From Candidatus Bathyarchaeota archaeon (GTDB lineage Archaea; Thermoproteota; Bathyarchaeia; Bathyarchaeales; Bathycorpusculaceae), in contig CAVZJV010000014.1 of assembly GCA_963775685.1 (NCBI GenBank), forward strand, positions 64,001 through 128,000: a DNA stretch of 64,000 bases, written 5' to 3'. The stretch's first letter is position 1; the number at the start of each line of letters is the position of its first letter. Position numbers and translations under genes: made by a program. Below, piece after piece: positions 1 to 10,782 of this stretch. The notes under the pieces were generated by a model. It had not been told where the DNA came from and did not search any database. It saw only the letters and a list, made by a program, of their open reading frames with translations.

Positions 1-259
1 CGTTGGTGTTCCAAGCCATCCATTTTACCATGTCGGGTTCCATAGAGAATTTCCGCAGTGATTCCGAATTTGGGGCTTCATACACCCAAACAGTCAAATG
101 TTCAGGAATCACCGTCCACGCCCCAATCCTCTTGATTCCGTGCTTCTTCTCTAAGGCGCCCAATTTTTCTGGTAACTGCAATGTTATTTTTTTCATTTTC
201 TCATTGTTTATTGGACAATTCTCAGGTGAATGCCTTGAAACTATCAAAAATAAAGCCAT
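1..259 (-). CDS. Small hypothetical protein (GYD/DUF3303-like dimeric alpha-beta barrel), runs off the window edge
   Basis: Manual minus-strand translation from ATG at 259: MALFLIVSRHSPENCPINNEKMKK...KKHGIKRIGAWTVIPEHLTVWVYEAPNSESL. The listed + strand ORF 3..305 is its shadow. Confidence 0.7.
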   Translation of the reverse strand, partial: MALFLIVSRHSPENCPINNEKMKKITLQLPEKLGALEKKHGIKRIGAWTVIPEHLTVWVYEAPNSESLRKFSMEPDMVKWMAWNTN

Positions 260-574
260 AAATAACGACGCTCTAAAAGGGTTAATACTCAAAACTGAAA
301 TATAAACCATCTTTGACTTAGAGGGGAATTACCTAAGAATTAGTGATCGTACGGTTGATTTAGTCTTGTAGGCTATGAGGTTTGATTTTGTTATTGAACA
401 ACCGCTAAATCATGTTTTTTAGTGATTTCTCTAATCTATTGTCTACATTCATTGTCGAAAACTGTTTTTATCATAATTTTGTAACCGGTCGATAAAGTAT
501 CTTCGAGGTTAGGCTCCATTAGAACAAATGAACTATACTCCAATTTACATTCAGTTAATAATTCCTATCGCGTG

Positions 575-3500
575 CTAAGTCATTTGCCGTTCAGCTCTTG
601 GGGGGGGCAACCGTACAATAAAAGTTGTTCCTTTGCCCTCTTGGCTCTCAAATGTTACGGTGCCGCATAATGCTTCAGTCATCCGCTTGATTACTGCTAG
701 ACCAAATCCTTGGCCTTTGGCTTTTGTGGTGAACATTGGAGTAAACAACTTGCCTTTCACTGCTTCAGGAATGCCGACACCTGTATCCTTAACAGATATG
801 ACGGTATCATTTGCTTCTTTGTATGTGCGAATGGTTAGTTTGCCGCCCTTTGGCATGGCTTGAACAGAATTATTCACCAAATTGTACAATATGCGATTTA
901 TGAAAGTGGAGTCAGCCACAACTTTTGCAGTATCTACTTTAACACTTACTTTAACATTCTCTGGCAAACCGTTCTTTGATAGCAAGTCATCAATTATAAG
1001 TTTCAAATCAGTTTCTTCAGCATTTGGCTTAAGAGGCCTTGCAAAATCTTGCAAATCAGCAACAATTTTGTTAATGTAATCTATATTCTTTTCAATTTCT
1101 GTTAGGCTTTCTTGGATATTATTTTTCTCTTCCCCTTCAGGAATTGAATCCAACTCTGTTTTAGCCAAATAAACATCCCCAATAATAGCCTGCAGTGGAT
1201 TTCGGATATCATGACCCACCATACCCGCAGTAGCTCCTATAGCTGCTAAACGTTCAGCATCCTTCAACTGCACGGCTCTTTGATTAGCAAGCTCCTCCAT
1301 CTGATTAGCATACTCTTCAAGAAGGACAGCTGATTCTTCAAGCTTTAGTTGCATTTGAATTCGTTCAGTAACATCAACATTCGACTCCAACACCTCCACT
1401 ATTTTGCAGTCAGATCCAAATTTTCCCAACCAATAACTTTGCACAACCAACCTACTGCCATCTTTACAAATGTGGACAATTTCTCCTGACCACTTCCCCT
1501 TGGTTCTGAGTTCATTTTGAATCTTCTTAAGCGATTGTGGCAATTGGGTCTTCAACAACAAATTAGCATCTTGCCCTATGGCTTCTTCTTTTGTCCAACC
1601 GTAAAGTCTCTCAGCACCTTTACTCCATAAAGTAACAGTACCCTCAAGCTTTCTGACAATTATAGCGTCGGGACTAAGATCAATAAGCTCAGCCTGCCTT
1701 GCCACAGCTTCCTCAGCTTTCTTGCGTTCAGTAATATCTCGAACTACTGAAACTGATCCAGTAATGGAACCATTCTTATTTCTGATGGGAACAGAACTGA
1801 CTATGCGGGTCTTCAACTCTCCACTCCCGGGAGTTCTTACCATTTCCTCTTGATTTTTTACGATTTCTCCGCTCAGTGCACGCAGAGGTGGAGCTTCCTC
1901 AACAGGTCTTGGGCTGCCATCAGGACGATACACTTCCGAAGATGCAGCTAAGTTTTCAACGTCTGTATTTGAAGAGGCATTTAACTTGAACTCTTTAACC
2001 GCCGACGGATTAGCTAAAGTAAACTTTTTTTCTGCTGCATCAGCAAACCAAATCTCGTCCATTATACCGTTCAACACCGATGACAGCTTATCTCTCTCTT
2101 GCTGCGCTACATCTTTTTGGTGTTCCAACTCCGCTTCAGCTTTCTTGCGCTCAGTAATATCCACAGAAAAACCGATTACACCAATGATATTGCCCTCTGC
2201 GTCCCGGTATGGAATTTTGTCAGTTAGAACCCACCTCTGCCCCTGCGCGGATTGCATCTTTTCTTCAATGCCGACCTTAGCTTTGCCCGATGCAATGACT
2301 TGTTTGTCGTCACTCCAGAAGGCTTCCGCCTCTTCCTTAGGATATATCTCGAAAAGCGACCGCCCTTCAAGCTGCTCTTTAGGCAACCCCATAATCTCGG
2401 CAAACGACTTGTTTACCCGGATGAAATGGTTTTCGAGGTCCTTGTAAAAAATTAACCCTTGGGATGAGTCAATTATTGTTTGCAGTTCATCCTGCTTTTT
2501 CGACAAAGCTTCTTCAGCTTTCTTGCGCTCAGTAATATCAACGAATGCTCCAAGGCAACCACGCACGTTTCCAGCGTCATCCAATAGGGGTTTGGCATTC
2601 CCAAGAATCGTAATCTTTCTGCCACTGGGAACTATTACTTCTAGCTCAGAGTTTTTGATTTCGATGTTTTTTGCGGCTGCTTCCTGCATAGGAAGCTCTT
2701 GGGGCATCAATTCTTTTCCATTCCGGAAAAACCGCCTAGTAGTATCTTGTGCGCTTCCACTTGCTGGTCCAGCTGAAACGTTCTCCTCACCCTCTGCTTC
2801 GTAGAAAGTGTTTGCAGCCTGATTACCAACAATTACTTTGCATTTTGGGTCCTGGGATACCCAAACAGCGGCAGGAATGATATCCATAAGTTTTCGTAGT
2901 TCTTCAGCACTCTGACGAGCGTGTTCCATACTTCTTTTGAGCTCTTCTTCGGCTTTCTTGCGCTCGGTGATGTCCTGAACCATCCCAATTGAACGAATAA
3001 TTTTGCCAGTTTTGTCTCGAACATGATCACATTTTTCGTAGACAACTCTTATTTCACCGGTTGATTTTCTAACCACTCGATGTTCAATTTCATAAGTATC
3101 TCTACCCTCACGTAAAGATCCCAAGTATGCAGAGTCTACGGCTTCACGGTCACTTGGATGAACCGCCTGCAGAAATGCTTCGTACGTTGCGTCGAATTCT
3201 TGAGGTTTCAAACCAAAGATTCGGTAAATTTCATCTGACCACGACAACTTATTTTTTACTAAGTCAAGTTCCCAACTTCCAAGATGTGCAATCTTCTGAC
3301 TCCTTTTTAGACTTCTCTCACTTTCCAGCAAATCTTCTTCGGCTTTTTGGCGTTTAGTAATATCTCGGAAAATTAGTACTACTCCGGTTGTTTTGCCGTC
3401 TTTATCTTTTATAGGTGCTCCGCTATCGTCAATTGGAATTTCCGACCCATCTTTTCGTATCAAAACGGTGTGGTTAGCCAAGCCTACAGCTATACCTTCC

Positions 3501-4171
3501 CTAAGAACTTTAGCGATGGGGTTTTCAACCTCCAAACGAGTTTGCTCGTTTACGATGTTGAAGACTTCTTTCACGGGCTTCTGCACACTTTCGCTCAATG
3601 TCCAACCGGTTAATTCTTCAGCCACGCGGTTCATGAACACTGTTTTGCCTGATGTGTCTGTTGCGATTACGGCATCGCCAATACTAAATAATGTTGTTGA
3701 CCAACGCTGCTCACTTTCCTGCAGCGCTTCATCAGCATTCTTACGCTCTGTGATATCTCGTCCTATGCCAACAATTATTTGTTTTTCAGTTAGCGGATGA
3801 GAGTTCCATGATATCCACCTGTACGAGCCATCTTTGCATCGGTATCTGTTTACGAAGAGAACTGCGTTCTTGCCTGTTTCGTGAGCTCTAAACACAGCTT
3901 GAGTTTTTTCAATGTCGTCTGGATGAAGAAAATCATAAAACGGCTTTGAGATTACCTCTTGTTTTGTCCAGCCTAAAATTCTTTCAAACGAGGGATTTAC
4001 TTGTTTAAAACGGTTGTCAAATCCAACAAGAACTAGCAAATCCAGAGAGTAATCGAAAAACAAGTCAAGTTCAAGTTCTGTTGGCTTGCTTTCAAAGGTT
4101 GCAGGATTACTTTCTTTACTTTCAGGCAAAGAATTCACCAGATCAGCATGAAGTAACCTGTGCGCACGCAA
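575..4171 (-). CDS. Multi-PAS domain sensor histidine kinase (soluble)
   Basis: About six PAS/PAC repeats ending in DITERK, H-box GHDIRNPL, N-box NLVNNSVQA, G-boxes DTGVGIP and GQGFGL. The true start may be slightly downstream. Confidence 0.95.
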   Translation of the reverse strand: MRAHRLLHADLVNSLPESKESNPATFESKPTELELDLFFDYSLDLLVLVGFDNRFKQVNPSFERILGWTKQEVISKPFYDFLHPDDIEKTQAVFRAHETGKNAVLFVNRYRCKDGSYRWISWNSHPLTEKQIIVGIGRDITERKNADEALQESEQRWSTTLFSIGDAVIATDTSGKTVFMNRVAEELTGWTLSESVQKPVKEVFNIVNEQTRLEVENPIAKVLREGIAVGLANHTVLIRKDGSEIPIDDSGAPIKDKDGKTTGVVLIFRDITKRQKAEEDLLESERSLKRSQKIAHLGSWELDLVKNKLSWSDEIYRIFGLKPQEFDATYEAFLQAVHPSDREAVDSAYLGSLREGRDTYEIEHRVVRKSTGEIRVVYEKCDHVRDKTGKIIRSIGMVQDITERKKAEEELKRSMEHARQSAEELRKLMDIIPAAVWVSQDPKCKVIVGNQAANTFYEAEGEENVSAGPASGSAQDTTRRFFRNGKELMPQELPMQEAAAKNIEIKNSELEVIVPSGRKITILGNAKPLLDDAGNVRGCLGAFVDITERKKAEEALSKKQDELQTIIDSSQGLIFYKDLENHFIRVNKSFAEIMGLPKEQLEGRSLFEIYPKEEAEAFWSDDKQVIASGKAKVGIEEKMQSAQGQRWVLTDKIPYRDAEGNIIGVIGFSVDITERKKAEAELEHQKDVAQQERDKLSSVLNGIMDEIWFADAAEKKFTLANPSAVKEFKLNASSNTDVENLAASSEVYRPDGSPRPVEEAPPLRALSGEIVKNQEEMVRTPGSGELKTRIVSSVPIRNKNGSITGSVSVVRDITERKKAEEAVARQAELIDLSPDAIIVRKLEGTVTLWSKGAERLYGWTKEEAIGQDANLLLKTQLPQSLKKIQNELRTKGKWSGEIVHICKDGSRLVVQSYWLGKFGSDCKIVEVLESNVDVTERIQMQLKLEESAVLLEEYANQMEELANQRAVQLKDAERLAAIGATAGMVGHDIRNPLQAIIGDVYLAKTELDSIPEGEEKNNIQESLTEIEKNIDYINKIVADLQDFARPLKPNAEETDLKLIIDDLLSKNGLPENVKVSVKVDTAKVVADSTFINRILYNLVNNSVQAMPKGGKLTIRTYKEANDTVISVKDTGVGIPEAVKGKLFTPMFTTKAKGQGFGLAVIKRMTEALCGTVTFESQEGKGTTFIVRLPPPRAERQMT

Positions 4172-4902
4172 GACTAAAAGACTTTTCCAATTAAGCGGTG
4201 ATTTTCACGTATCAAAAGAGTCCTGCACTTTTAGGGCAGAATAATAATTAAAAAGTCGGCATTATTGTTTCTGAATTATTTCCTCATGGAAAAATAAGAT
4301 CAATTAATTTCATCTTTATTTCTTCCCCACGCTTCAAGTGCAAAACTTGTCAATGCCCAATGCCAGCCTCTTTTCTATGCGACACAATAACAATCGGCAA
4401 ATAATCTGAGGCTCAGGTTAAAGTGCGCAAACACCCCGTAGCATAGCCCAATCAAACCACGTCTTAGAGAAAATAGACAAAGAAGCCATAAAACAGAAAA
4501 GGTCAAGAAGCGAATACGTGGAACTGCATTTTGAAGATGTTTTGCCAAGCAATGAAGAATAGAGTAATGAAAACTTTCTACAAACCAAGTATGTTGCTTG
4601 GGGAGTTTATGTTTAAAGTTGCTATTTCAAGCGACTCTAATATGAAGCTATAATTGACAGGTATTTTTAAGCTTCTAAAGAATTAATGTTGGGATTTCCC
4701 TCGATAATAATTCTATAGGCTTGCTTATTTTTTTAACGCCGTGTCTTAAGGATACTATAGTTTACCTATAAATGCAACGCTAAATTCTCGCAGTTTCGAC
4801 TTGAACAGACTCTTTTACTTATTCACATATTATTTTTTTGATTTTTCCAAGAACTTGCTTATATTCTCACGATTCTCAATTAAATAAAGCTGAGATTAAG
4901 TT

Positions 4903-5892
4903 ATGCACACTCTTGACGAAATTGACGTCAAAATTCTCGTAGAGCTTCTTAAAGATGGCCGAAAAAGCTTCACAGATATCGCGAAGCAATGTAACAAGTC
5001 AAAAGACGTCATCTGTAACCATTATAAGGAATTAAAAAATGCCGGCATAATTGTTGGCTCAACGATTCAATTTAACTATTCAAAATTTGGCTACAGCGCT
5101 GTTGCAGTAATAATGCTCAGTTTAGACTCACAGTACATACCTGAAACTCTTGAGCATCTTAAGACAATTCCTAATATCTTCAGCTTTTGCAATTACAACT
5201 CCCCCCCCTACAGCATTATAGTAATTTCTACGTTAAAGGATTTGAGAGATTTAGATTATGCCAAAGAAATAATGAGCAAACAAAATCAAACAAATGAAAT
5301 TAAAACTAGTCTTTGGACAGATGTAAGGAATATCCCTGAAAATGTTTTGGAAGGCGACTTTGAGAAAGAGACCAAAAACGCTGATGAGAAAGGTTCTCAT
5401 GCCCAAATCGATATCGATTTTCACGATATTTTAGTAAAGATTGATGAAATCGATTTGCAAATAGTTGAAAGACTATCGCAAAATGGTCGAATGCCTTTTA
5501 GTAAAATTGCTCAAGAGATAGGTGTCTCAACTGATAACATATCTAGAAGATATGAAAAACTAGTGAAAAACAATTTTATAAAAGTTTCAATTCAGTTTAA
5601 CCCTGTAAAATTGGATTATCAGTGTATTTTAGCAATAAACGTTGCAGTTGCTGATCAGAGAGAAACAAACAAAATAGTTGATAAGTTATCTAAAATTAAA
5701 GGTGTATCCTACATTGTTAAACTAAGTGGGAATTATGACTTGTCACTTGTGGCTTTGGTGAAAAGCAGCGAGGAAATTATTGAAATTAACGAAAAAATAA
5801 CAGAAATCCCTAATATTAAAAAAATAGAAGCATCACTTAGAAAAATTCCTCTGTTTTGGCCTGGTCCACGTCAGTATATCTCAACATTTTGA
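4903..5892 (+). CDS. Tandem (double) Lrp/AsnC family transcriptional regulator
   Basis: Two HTH-RAM units: LDEIDVKILVELLKDGRKSFTDIA and IDEIDLQIVERLSQNGRMPFSKIA. Confidence 0.9.
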   Translation: MHTLDEIDVKILVELLKDGRKSFTDIAKQCNKSKDVICNHYKELKNAGIIVGSTIQFNYSKFGYSAVAVIMLSLDSQYIPETLEHLKTIPNIFSFCNYNSPPYSIIVISTLKDLRDLDYAKEIMSKQNQTNEIKTSLWTDVRNIPENVLEGDFEKETKNADEKGSHAQIDIDFHDILVKIDEIDLQIVERLSQNGRMPFSKIAQEIGVSTDNISRRYEKLVKNNFIKVSIQFNPVKLDYQCILAINVAVADQRETNKIVDKLSKIKGVSYIVKLSGNYDLSLVALVKSSEEIIEINEKITEIPNIKKIEASLRKIPLFWPGPRQYISTF

Positions 5893-6108
5893 TACTTTTT
5901 TCTCTGAGAGTTTTTCTGCGCTCGCGCTTTAGTTTATTTGGTGGTGAAAGGTTAACTGTTAGCTAAGAAGTTTGGTGGTTACTCTAATACGATAGGGTTG
6001 AGAGAAATAGCATATATTCACAACTATTTATTATTTTAAACCTATTTTTTGAAAAGCTATATACACCTTTTTCTTTTTCAGACTTACTCAATAAAGGAAA
6101 GAAATGAA

Positions 6109-8925
6109 ATGAAAACACTAAAAAATAAAATGACAGCCATTTTAATCACGGCACTTTTAGCAATTTCAGCCGGAGCTACAGTGACGCTAATACCAACTGC
6201 TGCGGCACATACCCCCGGATGGGAGATACCAACATATGCTTACATTGTTGCTGCACCTAATCCTATAGGTGTCGGACAAACTCAGCACATATACATGTGG
6301 CTTGATTGCGTTTTCGGAGCGGCTGGCGGAACATCAGTTCTCAACGGAAATGTTTCGGCAGTAAGCGCAGCATTACTACAAAACAACTACAGATTCCACA
6401 ACTATCATCTCACTATTACGGCTCCTGATAATACAGTAACAACACAAACCTTTGACGTCATCTCAGACTCAACATCATCACAATATTTAAAATTCGTTCC
6501 CACCCAAGTTGGTACGTATACTCTCAACTTCACTTTCCCAGGGCAAGCTTATGATGAATATGACCATTATGAGAAATCGTCACTTATCAACGATACTTAT
6601 TTGCCAAGCTCTGCTTTAACAACGTTTGTTGTCCAGCAAGAACCAATCCCTGATCCTATAAACAGCTATCCACTTCCAGAGCAGTACTGGACGCACCCAA
6701 TCTACGGTGAAAACACCGACTGGTGGACAATCTCATCCAACTGGCTGGGTCTAAATTCACCCGCCCCAGGAGGAGCCAGTACACTCGCTTCAGGCAATGG
6801 ACCAATGTACCGAAATGACGTTATAGGGCCTCAAACTTCCCATGTGATGTGGACAAGACCCCTTCAATTTGGAGGGGTTGTCGGAGGAAACCCATTCCTC
6901 GCCGGTGGCTCTAATCCTAACGGAGCAGTTCAAGGCGTTCAGTACTATGAGGGATCATCATATACCCCGCGATTCGTCAACCCTATAATAATCAACGGAT
7001 ACCTATTCTACACTGAACCAGTATCATTTACCGGAACAGTCAGTGGACCAACTGACGCCATCGACCTTCGCACGGGACAAGTCCTTTGGTCTCGTACAGA
7101 CGTTCCAGCGTTATCTTTTGCCTATTTATACAACGAATGGAATCCAGATCAGCACGGCACTTTCCCACCAATATTGTTCACAAACAACTTTGCACAAGCT
7201 TTTGATGCGTATACAGGAAATCCAATGTTCAATGTCACCGGTGTACCCTCAGGTACTTCAGTTATGGGTCCAAGCGGTGAAATACTGCGGTATGTCTTCA
7301 CAAACCTTGGCACAGCAACAAATCCCTACTGGATTTTGGCTCAATGGAACTCATCTAGACTTTGGCAATGGGTTGGAAATCCGTACCCTGGAGGTGGAAC
7401 GTATATACCTTCAGTAATAAATGCAAGCAACGGTCTTCTTATTGGAACAATCCCTGTTCCGATTACAGGCACATCTGGCACAACACCATCTGGTAGCTCT
7501 GCTCCAGTACCCTACGGATCCTCTATCATAGTTAATGCAAACGTTCCTCTGACTTCGACTAGTAGTATACTTAGCACCTATGATTGGAATACCACTGTGC
7601 CTTTCACAGGTTCATCCGCAACTGTTCTAACTGCTGACTACGGGGACATCATGGTTTGCATGAACGGCTCGCTGCCATCTGGTTTTGCGCAAACAGGATC
7701 AGGCACATCCCAGGGTCCCTTTACATTCTTCGCTGTCAACCTTAACGCATCTAAAGGCGCAATCGGCCAAATACTTTGGACACAAACATATAATCCTCCG
7801 ACAGGTAACCTCACTCTTGTACAAGGCCCATTTGATTTCCAGAACCGCGTCTTCACTTTCAACTACGTCGAAACTCAACAATGGGCAGGATACAGCATGG
7901 ATACCGGCAAATACCTATGGACAACTCCACCCGAAACAGACACTACACCCTTTAACTACTATGACTGGCGTGGATACAATCCAGGTGTAATTGCTTATGG
8001 CAATCTCTACAGCGGCGGATTCGGCGGAGTTCTCTACGCTTTTAACGATTTGACCGGACAAATAGAATGGACCTATGGAAACGGAGGTGAAGGTAACAGT
8101 ACCAACGCTGGCTTGAACGTCTCCTACGGTAACTATCCCTCCTTTGTACAAGCTATCGGCAACGGCGTCGTATACTTTGTTGCAGAAGAGCACACCATTC
8201 CAAACCCCCTCTACAAAGGAACTTTAGCAAGGGCTATTAACGCCACCACAGGACAAGAAATATGGACTCTCTCAGGCTACGATAGCACATGGGCCTACAG
8301 TGGAAGTGAATGGGCTATAGCAGATGGCTATGCCACTATGATGAACGGACTTGACAACAACATCTACAGCGTAGGCAGAGGACCAAGCGCTTTGACAGTC
8401 TCGGCTTCAAAGGTACAGACAATCGGAGAGAATGTAGTTATAGATGGAACAGTTACTGACATTTCTGCAGGCACAAAGCAAACTCAGCAAGCAGCTGACT
8501 TCCCCAACGGTGTTCCTGTGGCATCTGATGCAAGCATGAAAGACTGGATGGGCTATGTTTACCAACAGAAACCGCTTCCAACTAATTTTACAGGCGTTGA
8601 CGTATCAATAAATGTCTTAGACTCAAATGGTAACTTCAGAAATATAGGAACCACCACGACCGATAAAAGCGGATACTTCACTCTTACATGGACTCCTGAC
8701 ATTACAGGCGACTACAAGGTTATTGCAACTTTTTCTGGCACAAACGGTTACTGGCCATCCAATTCTGAAACCTCATTTAATGTAATGGATGCACATGCCA
8801 CTCCAACACCAATTGCCTCAATAATAGCGTCAAACAATGACACATACATAATGGGTTCAGCAATTATTGTCGTAGTTATCATCGTCGGTGCCATAATAGT
8901 GCTGATGCAACGAAAAAGGCCGTAA
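6109..8925 (+). CDS. Large cell-surface PQQ-like beta-propeller protein with C-terminal membrane anchor
   Basis: Signal peptide after ATG 6109, repeated 'xTGxxxW' propeller motifs, Ig-like C-terminal region, TM helix and basic tail RKRP, followed by a T-rich terminator. Confidence 0.85.
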   Translation: MKTLKNKMTAILITALLAISAGATVTLIPTAAAHTPGWEIPTYAYIVAAPNPIGVGQTQHIYMWLDCVFGAAGGTSVLNGNVSAVSAALLQNNYRFHNYHLTITAPDNTVTTQTFDVISDSTSSQYLKFVPTQVGTYTLNFTFPGQAYDEYDHYEKSSLINDTYLPSSALTTFVVQQEPIPDPINSYPLPEQYWTHPIYGENTDWWTISSNWLGLNSPAPGGASTLASGNGPMYRNDVIGPQTSHVMWTRPLQFGGVVGGNPFLAGGSNPNGAVQGVQYYEGSSYTPRFVNPIIINGYLFYTEPVSFTGTVSGPTDAIDLRTGQVLWSRTDVPALSFAYLYNEWNPDQHGTFPPILFTNNFAQAFDAYTGNPMFNVTGVPSGTSVMGPSGEILRYVFTNLGTATNPYWILAQWNSSRLWQWVGNPYPGGGTYIPSVINASNGLLIGTIPVPITGTSGTTPSGSSAPVPYGSSIIVNANVPLTSTSSILSTYDWNTTVPFTGSSATVLTADYGDIMVCMNGSLPSGFAQTGSGTSQGPFTFFAVNLNASKGAIGQILWTQTYNPPTGNLTLVQGPFDFQNRVFTFNYVETQQWAGYSMDTGKYLWTTPPETDTTPFNYYDWRGYNPGVIAYGNLYSGGFGGVLYAFNDLTGQIEWTYGNGGEGNSTNAGLNVSYGNYPSFVQAIGNGVVYFVAEEHTIPNPLYKGTLARAINATTGQEIWTLSGYDSTWAYSGSEWAIADGYATMMNGLDNNIYSVGRGPSALTVSASKVQTIGENVVIDGTVTDISAGTKQTQQAADFPNGVPVASDASMKDWMGYVYQQKPLPTNFTGVDVSINVLDSNGNFRNIGTTTTDKSGYFTLTWTPDITGDYKVIATFSGTNGYWPSNSETSFNVMDAHATPTPIASIIASNNDTYIMGSAIIVVVIIVGAIIVLMQRKRP

Positions 8926-9123
8926 AAACAACAATTTCCCTATTTCTTTTTTTTAGTTACAAGCACAGAAAAAATGTGGACTGAATAGCTCTGAATAAAT
9001 CTAACGTTGAAGCTGAATGAAAGAGGTTTTGCATTTGCTCTTTTCTCCTAAAAGCCGGAGTCTCAGCAAACCCATGATTCTTCAGCAAAAATGTTCTTTG
9101 AACCCGTTTTTTAAAGCATAAAA

Positions 9124-9149
9124 GTGTACTGGTAGGATTTGAACCCAGG
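9124..9149 (-). repeat. Degenerate tRNA 3'-end fragment (possible att remnant)
   Basis: Minus strand reads CCTGGGTTCAAATCCTACCAGTACAC, containing the T-loop GGTTCAAATCC. No 5' tRNA half is present. It lies at the edge of a virus-like gene cluster. Confidence 0.4.
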
Positions 9150-9377
9150 CGAAAGTGGAGATATCACCCGAAGACTTAACTATTAATTTGTTTTTTGAAT
9201 AATATGATGTACCGTTTATAAGTGTGGTTTTTCAGGAAAAATAGCTTCGTAACGCTCCTAAAAGTAACAACTATTCTGAAGCGTGTGCGCTATCAAATAT
9301 CAGCATTAGAATTGTGAAGTTCGCCAATTCTGCAGTTTGCATTTCCGAAGCAGGCAGAAATTTTGCTAAATATAGAA

Positions 9378-9574
9378 TTAGGTGGTAGGTCTCTGGGTTT
9401 TGAGCCCGTTGACAAACTCTAAATCAGCTCTCGCGCGCTCCAGTTTCTTTAAGGCTTTTTTCTTGAACGTGTTACGTTGGGTGTTTCCATCTTTAGCTTG
9501 CGAGCAATTCTGTAATCGGTCGCTCCGTCTGCTTTCAAATGTAGGATTTTCCATTCGCGCTCAGTCAAAGTCAA
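9378..9574 (-). CDS. Small Tfx/LuxR/sigma70-r4-like HTH protein (one frameshift in an A-run)
   Basis: Manual translation MTLTEREWKILHLKADGATDYRIARKLKMETPNVTRSRK/ALKKLERARADLEFV, with AGGAG upstream. Not in the ORF track. Confidence 0.65.
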
Positions 9575-9669
9575 GACTAACAGGTCTCCTTTTTACCTTC
9601 CGCGCCTTTCTCATCACCGAAAAATGCTCTCTCCCAATCTTGCCTCCATTGCCCACTCCATGAAAAAAT

Positions 9670-10005
9670 TCAGCAGGTCGCCATTTGACTATAGTAATCA
9701 ACAAAATTAACGGGCAAACACACATTCAGTCTCCTCAGCAAACGCTTATAATTAAGACGAACTGAAATCATGCTAACACCGCAAGACTTAGCCAACCTAG
9801 ACTGGGTCGCCTTCTCTTCTCTAAAAACGCATGCAATATACAGTGCAGCCGCCGCTAACGCAGGAGGGCTACGACCGCCAGTAGGCCTAAAACGTCTAGC
9901 ATCCTTCAAAACCTCCTTTGCCAACCTTACCGAAGCATCTGAAAGGCTAAGGTCTTTGGCAATTTCGTCAGCCAACCAATAATAGTCAGCCCTAGGCAAA
10001 CCCAA
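9670..10005 (-). CDS. Stand-alone TFIIB/TFB C-terminal cyclin-fold domain protein
   Basis: GRSPPALAAAALYIAC...TQSRLAKSCGVSMISVRLNYKRL matches the second TFB cyclin repeat. No Zn ribbon or first repeat. Confidence 0.8.
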   Translation of the reverse strand: MGLPRADYYWLADEIAKDLSLSDASVRLAKEVLKDARRFRPTGGRSPPALAAAALYIACVFREEKATQSRLAKSCGVSMISVRLNYKRLLRRLNVCLPVNFVDYYSQMATC

Positions 10006-10666
10006 ACCCTAAACCTCCCTTTTTAGATGTTTCTATGTCCCCAGATCTATTACTTAGTAAATCTCTATTGTAGTTGCCATAGACTTCAAACGCAAACCTA
10101 GTCAATGTCCACTTATGCCCGCGCTTTTCAAACAGCAGCTTGCAAGTTTCAAAATGAAGTTTCTTATTCAACCGCACCAAACGGCGAGCGACATCGTAAC
10201 GCTTCAAAGCATAACCGCCCCGCTTGTTTACCTCTGCAGCCACATCTTTGGGTAAGGAGCCATTCACACCGACTTCAAGAAGCCTCTGCAAGATTTCTTT
10301 GTCGACTGCATCCATAGCCGCAAAGTGCACAAGGTCCTCTTTGGAGTAGTCAGCCTCACCTATCCGATCCAGCTTATTGCGAACCCACCGCATTTCCGTC
10401 TTAAGGTCCTCAATTCCCTCTAGAGCGGACTTGAGCAAATGCTGATTCCACTTATGGCGACCTACTTTTTGTGCTTGGCTACGCCTTTTCTTAGGCTTTT
10501 CTGCAACTTGCATATGGGTTTGAACAGCTTTTTCCTCTAAACCTTGTTTGTTTTGTTCAGTCAAGACATTTCGCTCCATCAACAATAACAAGAAAACGGT
10601 GTCCGCAATCAGGGCTAACCGGTACCAAAAAACCCAAACCTGAAAGCATGGAAAAAGACCATACAA
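9992..10666 (-). CDS. Hypothetical coiled-coil plus winged-HTH protein (likely start near 10579, MERNV)
   Basis: DAVDKEILQRL...LPKDVAAEV...VARRLVRLNKKL...LFEKRGHKWTLT resembles a wHTH. Confidence 0.6.
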   Translation of the reverse strand: MYGLFPCFQVWVFWYRLALIADTVFLLLLMERNVLTEQNKQGLEEKAVQTHMQVAEKPKKRRSQAQKVGRHKWNQHLLKSALEGIEDLKTEMRWVRNKLDRIGEADYSKEDLVHFAAMDAVDKEILQRLLEVGVNGSLPKDVAAEVNKRGGYALKRYDVARRLVRLNKKLHFETCKLLFEKRGHKWTLTRFAFEVYGNYNRDLLSNRSGDIETSKKGGLGFGFA

Positions 10667-10782
10667 TAAGACGGCTAAAACACCCCCTAAAAACGTTTGA
10701 ACAACCTTTCACTGACAAAAGGGCATTCTGTGGAAACTTAAAGGCTCCTGTAGACGTCAGGGAGGCTATTTGGCAGGCAATC

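Noticed and set aside
3-305. Listed + strand 100-aa ORF
   Set aside because: It is the shadow of a more plausible minus-strand gene starting at 259.
575-4171. Internal DNA repeats in the kinase gene as a repeat element
   Set aside because: They are the coding DITERKKAEE linkers of successive PAS domains.
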